Part shown: positions 61,016 to 64,000 of the stretch, piece after piece
How the letters are laid out: every line of letters begins with the position of its first letter
Numbering within the stretch: position 1 is the stretch's first letter
NCBI GenBank assembly: GCA_963707955.1
Contig: OY970176.1
Coordinates: 1,280,001-1,344,000 of the forward strand
Length of the DNA stretch: 64,000 bases
Origin: Candidatus Bathyarchaeota archaeon
Lineage (GTDB): Archaea > Thermoproteota > Bathyarchaeia > Bathyarchaeales > Bathycorpusculaceae
Reading direction: 5' to 3'
Program-made: the position numbers and the translations under genes
Notes under the pieces: model-generated
The model's database searches: none
Told to the model about the DNA's origin: nothing
The model's input: only the letters and a program-made list of their open reading frames with translations

Positions 61016-62269
61016 TTAGCGCTTGAGAATCTGCTCATAAAGTTCCAACGTTTTCTCAGCTATCTTGTCCCACGTGAACTCGCTCAGAACCCTGCGTCTA
61101 CCGTTTTTCCCAAGCCATTTCCTTTTCTCATCACTTTCGAGGGCGCTGTTTATGCCCCAAGCGATGTCCGACGGGTTGTTCGGGTCAATGTGGTAACCAC
61201 ACTGTTCCTCACCGCAGCAGACAACTATCTCTCGCATCCCACTGATGCCAGCGGCGCCCACTACGACTGGACGCTCCATGCTCATCGCCTCCAGAACCAC
61301 TATTCCGAAAGGTTCATAGAAGCTTGGGAAAACCGCAACGTCACAGGTTGCATAGTGAAGGATGCGCTCCTCCTCAGGAATGAACTCAAAACGAAACTTT
61401 ACGAAATCACTCATCCTCGTAGCTTTAACCAGGTTCACCAAGTATTCCTGAAGGTCGCCGAGACCAACGATTACGAGTTTCGCCTTCGGGTTTTTCTGCA
61501 AGATGTGCGGCAACGCCATCACAAGCTTATCAACACCTTTAACGCCCACAAGCCTGCCTATGAAGAGAATCATGAAATCGTCATCCTTGATGCCGTACAA
61601 TGCTCTAACCTTCTTGACCTGATCGGCAGTCACGGTCGCCGGGTCGTATTTCTGCGGGTCAACTCCATTGTAGGCAACCTGGATTTTCTCTTTCGGAAAC
61701 CCTAGGCCTATCAGCTCATCCTTCATCGCATAAGAAACTGTCACGATCAAGTCAGCTGCTCTTGCCGCGTGAAGCTCGATGTTGCTCACCGTGATAGATC
61801 CGTTTCCAAGCGTTCTTCCTTTCTCCGTTGAGTGAACGTGAAACGCAAAAGGCAATCCTGCCTCTTTCTTAACAGTCATTCCGCCTATAGCTGAAAGCCA
61901 GTCATGAGCAACGATAAGGTCGAATTTTATGCCTTCCTTTCTTATCAGCTCATTAACGAGTTTTGCAGCGCTAAGATAATTGTACACGAGGATTTTTGAG
62001 AACAGCTGAATCCCCCTGCCCCACTTCTTTATATCCTCTGCAACTACGTCAGGCAGTGAGTCAGAAATGTCAATGTGCAGCGGCCGATGAATTTCGATAC
62101 CACGCCATATCTCCCGCGTCGGTAAACTGCCAGCATCATCATTCATCGTGAAAACTGTAACATCGTTGTCTGTCAGGACAAATTTCCTAGTGATCTCAGC
62201 CGCGTAAGTGCCCAAGCCGCCAACGATCTTCGGAGGGTACTCGTAAACGAGGACAGACAGCTTCATCAC
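61016..62269 (-). CDS. GT4 glycosyltransferase (glycogen synthase-like)
   Basis: EYPPKIVGGLG, AHDW and EPFGIVVLEAM motifs; paralog of 10877-12094. Confidence 0.9.
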   Translation of the reverse strand: MMKLSVLVYEYPPKIVGGLGTYAAEITRKFVLTDNDVTVFTMNDDAGSLPTREIWRGIEIHRPLHIDISDSLPDVVAEDIKKWGRGIQLFSKILVYNYLSAAKLVNELIRKEGIKFDLIVAHDWLSAIGGMTVKKEAGLPFAFHVHSTEKGRTLGNGSITVSNIELHAARAADLIVTVSYAMKDELIGLGFPKEKIQVAYNGVDPQKYDPATVTADQVKKVRALYGIKDDDFMILFIGRLVGVKGVDKLVMALPHILQKNPKAKLVIVGLGDLQEYLVNLVKATRMSDFVKFRFEFIPEEERILHYATCDVAVFPSFYEPFGIVVLEAMSMERPVVVGAAGISGMREIVVCCGEEQCGYHIDPNNPSDIAWGINSALESDEKRKWLGKNGRRRVLSEFTWDKIAEKTLELYEQILKR

Positions 62270-62503
62270 TTTTCACCAGTCCACTCTAACAACAATTCCT
62301 TAATGGTTATTGAACAATGGTTTATTTACCTTGCTCACTCAGCATACACTTCAGACCGCATTGACGACCATCCACCCCCGAATAGACGCCTTCTCAGCCT
62401 AGAAGCAGAAACATCAAATTGTCATTCAAGGCAGATTCCCAAATTGGAAAATTGTGAAAAACCTATTAGGTAGGTGCGACACAATTAGGTGAAGTGCAAC
62501 AGC

Positions 62504-63052
62504 ATGAGTGTATCACCTGTTAAACGTTTGATTCTTGAAACCATGTGGATGCTTGACAAGCCCGCAAAAGTGACGGAAATAGCCAAAGACACGGGTGTGA
62601 AATTTCCTGCCGTCATGATGCACATCCTAGGACTCAGCACGATGCAATGCGTAGCCTCGCCTGAAAAGGGGATCTATGTCATAACAGAGAAGGGAAAGAA
62701 GACTCTTGGCATTCCAGAGGTTGACAAGGAAAAAGCAGCCGAAATCTTGAGATATTTACCCGCGGAAAAATCGTTCCACTTCTACGCAGACGTTGGAAAG
62801 CCCTTGAACGTTTTCGCGGCGAGCCTCGGAGACTTCTGCGAAAAGATACAGAGAATCGACATCGGCTCGATAGAGTTTCACATAAACCGTGGAGATTTTG
62901 AGGCATGGTTCACTGACTTGGGCGACATTGAACTGGCGAGGAAAACACTGCTCGTCAGAGAGCAGAAGATGAACGCGGAAGACCTTCGAAAGAAACTCTA
63001 CGAGATCGCAAAAAAACGATGTGAAGAGTTGGCCAAGGTTAGAGGTGCTTAG
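62504..63052 (+). CDS. wHTH regulator with C-terminal DUF5752-like domain
   Basis: N-terminal wHTH; SFHFY..G....A.SL..F...SIEFH..RGDF..W resembles the GH57 C-terminus. Confidence 0.8.
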   Translation: MSVSPVKRLILETMWMLDKPAKVTEIAKDTGVKFPAVMMHILGLSTMQCVASPEKGIYVITEKGKKTLGIPEVDKEKAAEILRYLPAEKSFHFYADVGKPLNVFAASLGDFCEKIQRIDIGSIEFHINRGDFEAWFTDLGDIELARKTLLVREQKMNAEDLRKKLYEIAKKRCEELAKVRGA

Positions 63053-63133
63053 GACCGCGCTGAACTAGGCTGGCTAAACCGTTTCTTCAGCCTCTTCAAC
63101 ACTTGTCCCAGCGTTGTGTACTCCGTTTCTTCA

Positions 63134-63325
63134 GTTTTATAAGCGCCGTTGGATGATTGATCGAGAACAGACTTTGCTGGCCATGCTGAAAAAGGGGAGC
63201 AGAGGCAACGAGAAAAACAATTGGTTTTTCGAGAGCGGCAGGAGCCGTGAAGCTCAGAGTCAGCTTGAGAGGCGGGTAGGCAAGAATGAACGTGTTTGTT
63301 GGGTTTATATCTGAATCCAAATATC
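63134..63325 (+). repeat. Uninterrupted copy of the conserved ~190-nt non-coding element
   Basis: Collinear with 4960-5087 plus 6303-6366. Confidence 0.9.
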
Positions 63326-63807
63326 CATGGTACGTTGAAACCGAGGAGGGGAGGGATCCCTAGCCTGCCAGGAAGAGAAAGTGAGTCTATGGGTTTACGC
63401 TTCGACGCCACGGATGGAAGTTGGACCCTAACGCGCACGCTTGTTCCTAAATTCCTAGATTCTGTTCAAGGGAGAAGCATGGCGTTTTCAGATAGGGGGA
63501 TGGTTACTTTCACGGTTCGAGCTGGGTGCTCTCTCGCTCTCACGCCCTCCCCCCCGGGTATCCTATATGGTCCAAATATGGTTGAAGAGCAGAATGAGTA
63601 GCGCAAGCTGCTTCCCAAAAGAATTCAGGAACACGCTAGCGCGCTGTCTTATGAGAGATCGTTCTTCCTTCTAGCCAGGCATGATCACTTAGGACTTCCT
63701 TTTCGCTCCAGATTTGTCCTGTTGATTTTAAGAATTCCGAAGAGAAAAACAATAAGGCTACTATCAACCAAACAGTACTCTTAGAGTTGAAAAGTGAGGG
63801 CACTTGG

Positions 63808-64000
63808 ATGGATGAGTTAAAAGTTGTCTCTGCAAAGATTCCTGAAAACGTCTACGAGGAAATGCTATTGCGAGTGCCAGAAGGAGACCGCAGCAATTTC
63901 ATTCGAGACGCCATAATGGAAAAGCTGCAGAAAACGCCTAGACCAGACAGAGTGTTGGAGCTAAAAAACCGCGTAGACAAGATGGAGGAGGACTTGTCGG
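63808..64000 (+). CDS. RHH/CopG-like protein (3' end outside window)
   Basis: MDELKVVSAKIPENVYEEM...RSNFIRDAIMEKL. Confidence 0.8.
   Translation, partial: MDELKVVSAKIPENVYEEMLLRVPEGDRSNFIRDAIMEKLQKTPRPDRVLELKNRVDKMEEDLS

Noticed and set aside
63049-63601. ORFs over the repeat, including an IS5-like YKRRWMI string
   Set aside because: The frame is not conserved between copies (5-nt indel) and the transposase-like similarity does not extend.

Overview
This is an archaeal chromosomal segment whose gene content and style point to Bathyarchaeia/TACK (an inference, not a database result). It divides into six parts. (1) 1-8.3 kb: an accessory region with surface-protein genes, low-complexity repeat blocks, and a transposase-less TIR/TSD-bounded 1.2-kb element carrying RHH + DUF5678-like + retropepsin genes. 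That element is inserted into a ~190-nt non-coding repeat that recurs intact at ~63.2 kb, and it is followed by an apparently intact orphan terminase large subunit with a small partner ORF. (2) 8.4-12.1 kb: a glycogen/alpha-glucan cluster. (3) 12-21.7 kb: redox and housekeeping genes and tRNA-Val(TAC). (4) 22-35.5 kb: a surface-glycosylation cluster. (5) 35.6-52.2 kb: iscS-iscU-sufS, then a 13.3-kb glycosylation island (GDP-heptose pathway plus transaldolase) bounded by a ~55-bp direct repeat. (6) 52.3-64 kb: hel308, purB, asnB-like, a ribophorin-I-like protein and a second glycogen locus. Runs of alternating CG lie almost only between genes and repeatedly coincide with gene truncation, fusion or island junctions. 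Several single-base frameshifts in otherwise intact genes may be sequencing errors. All family assignments come from motif recognition by eye.
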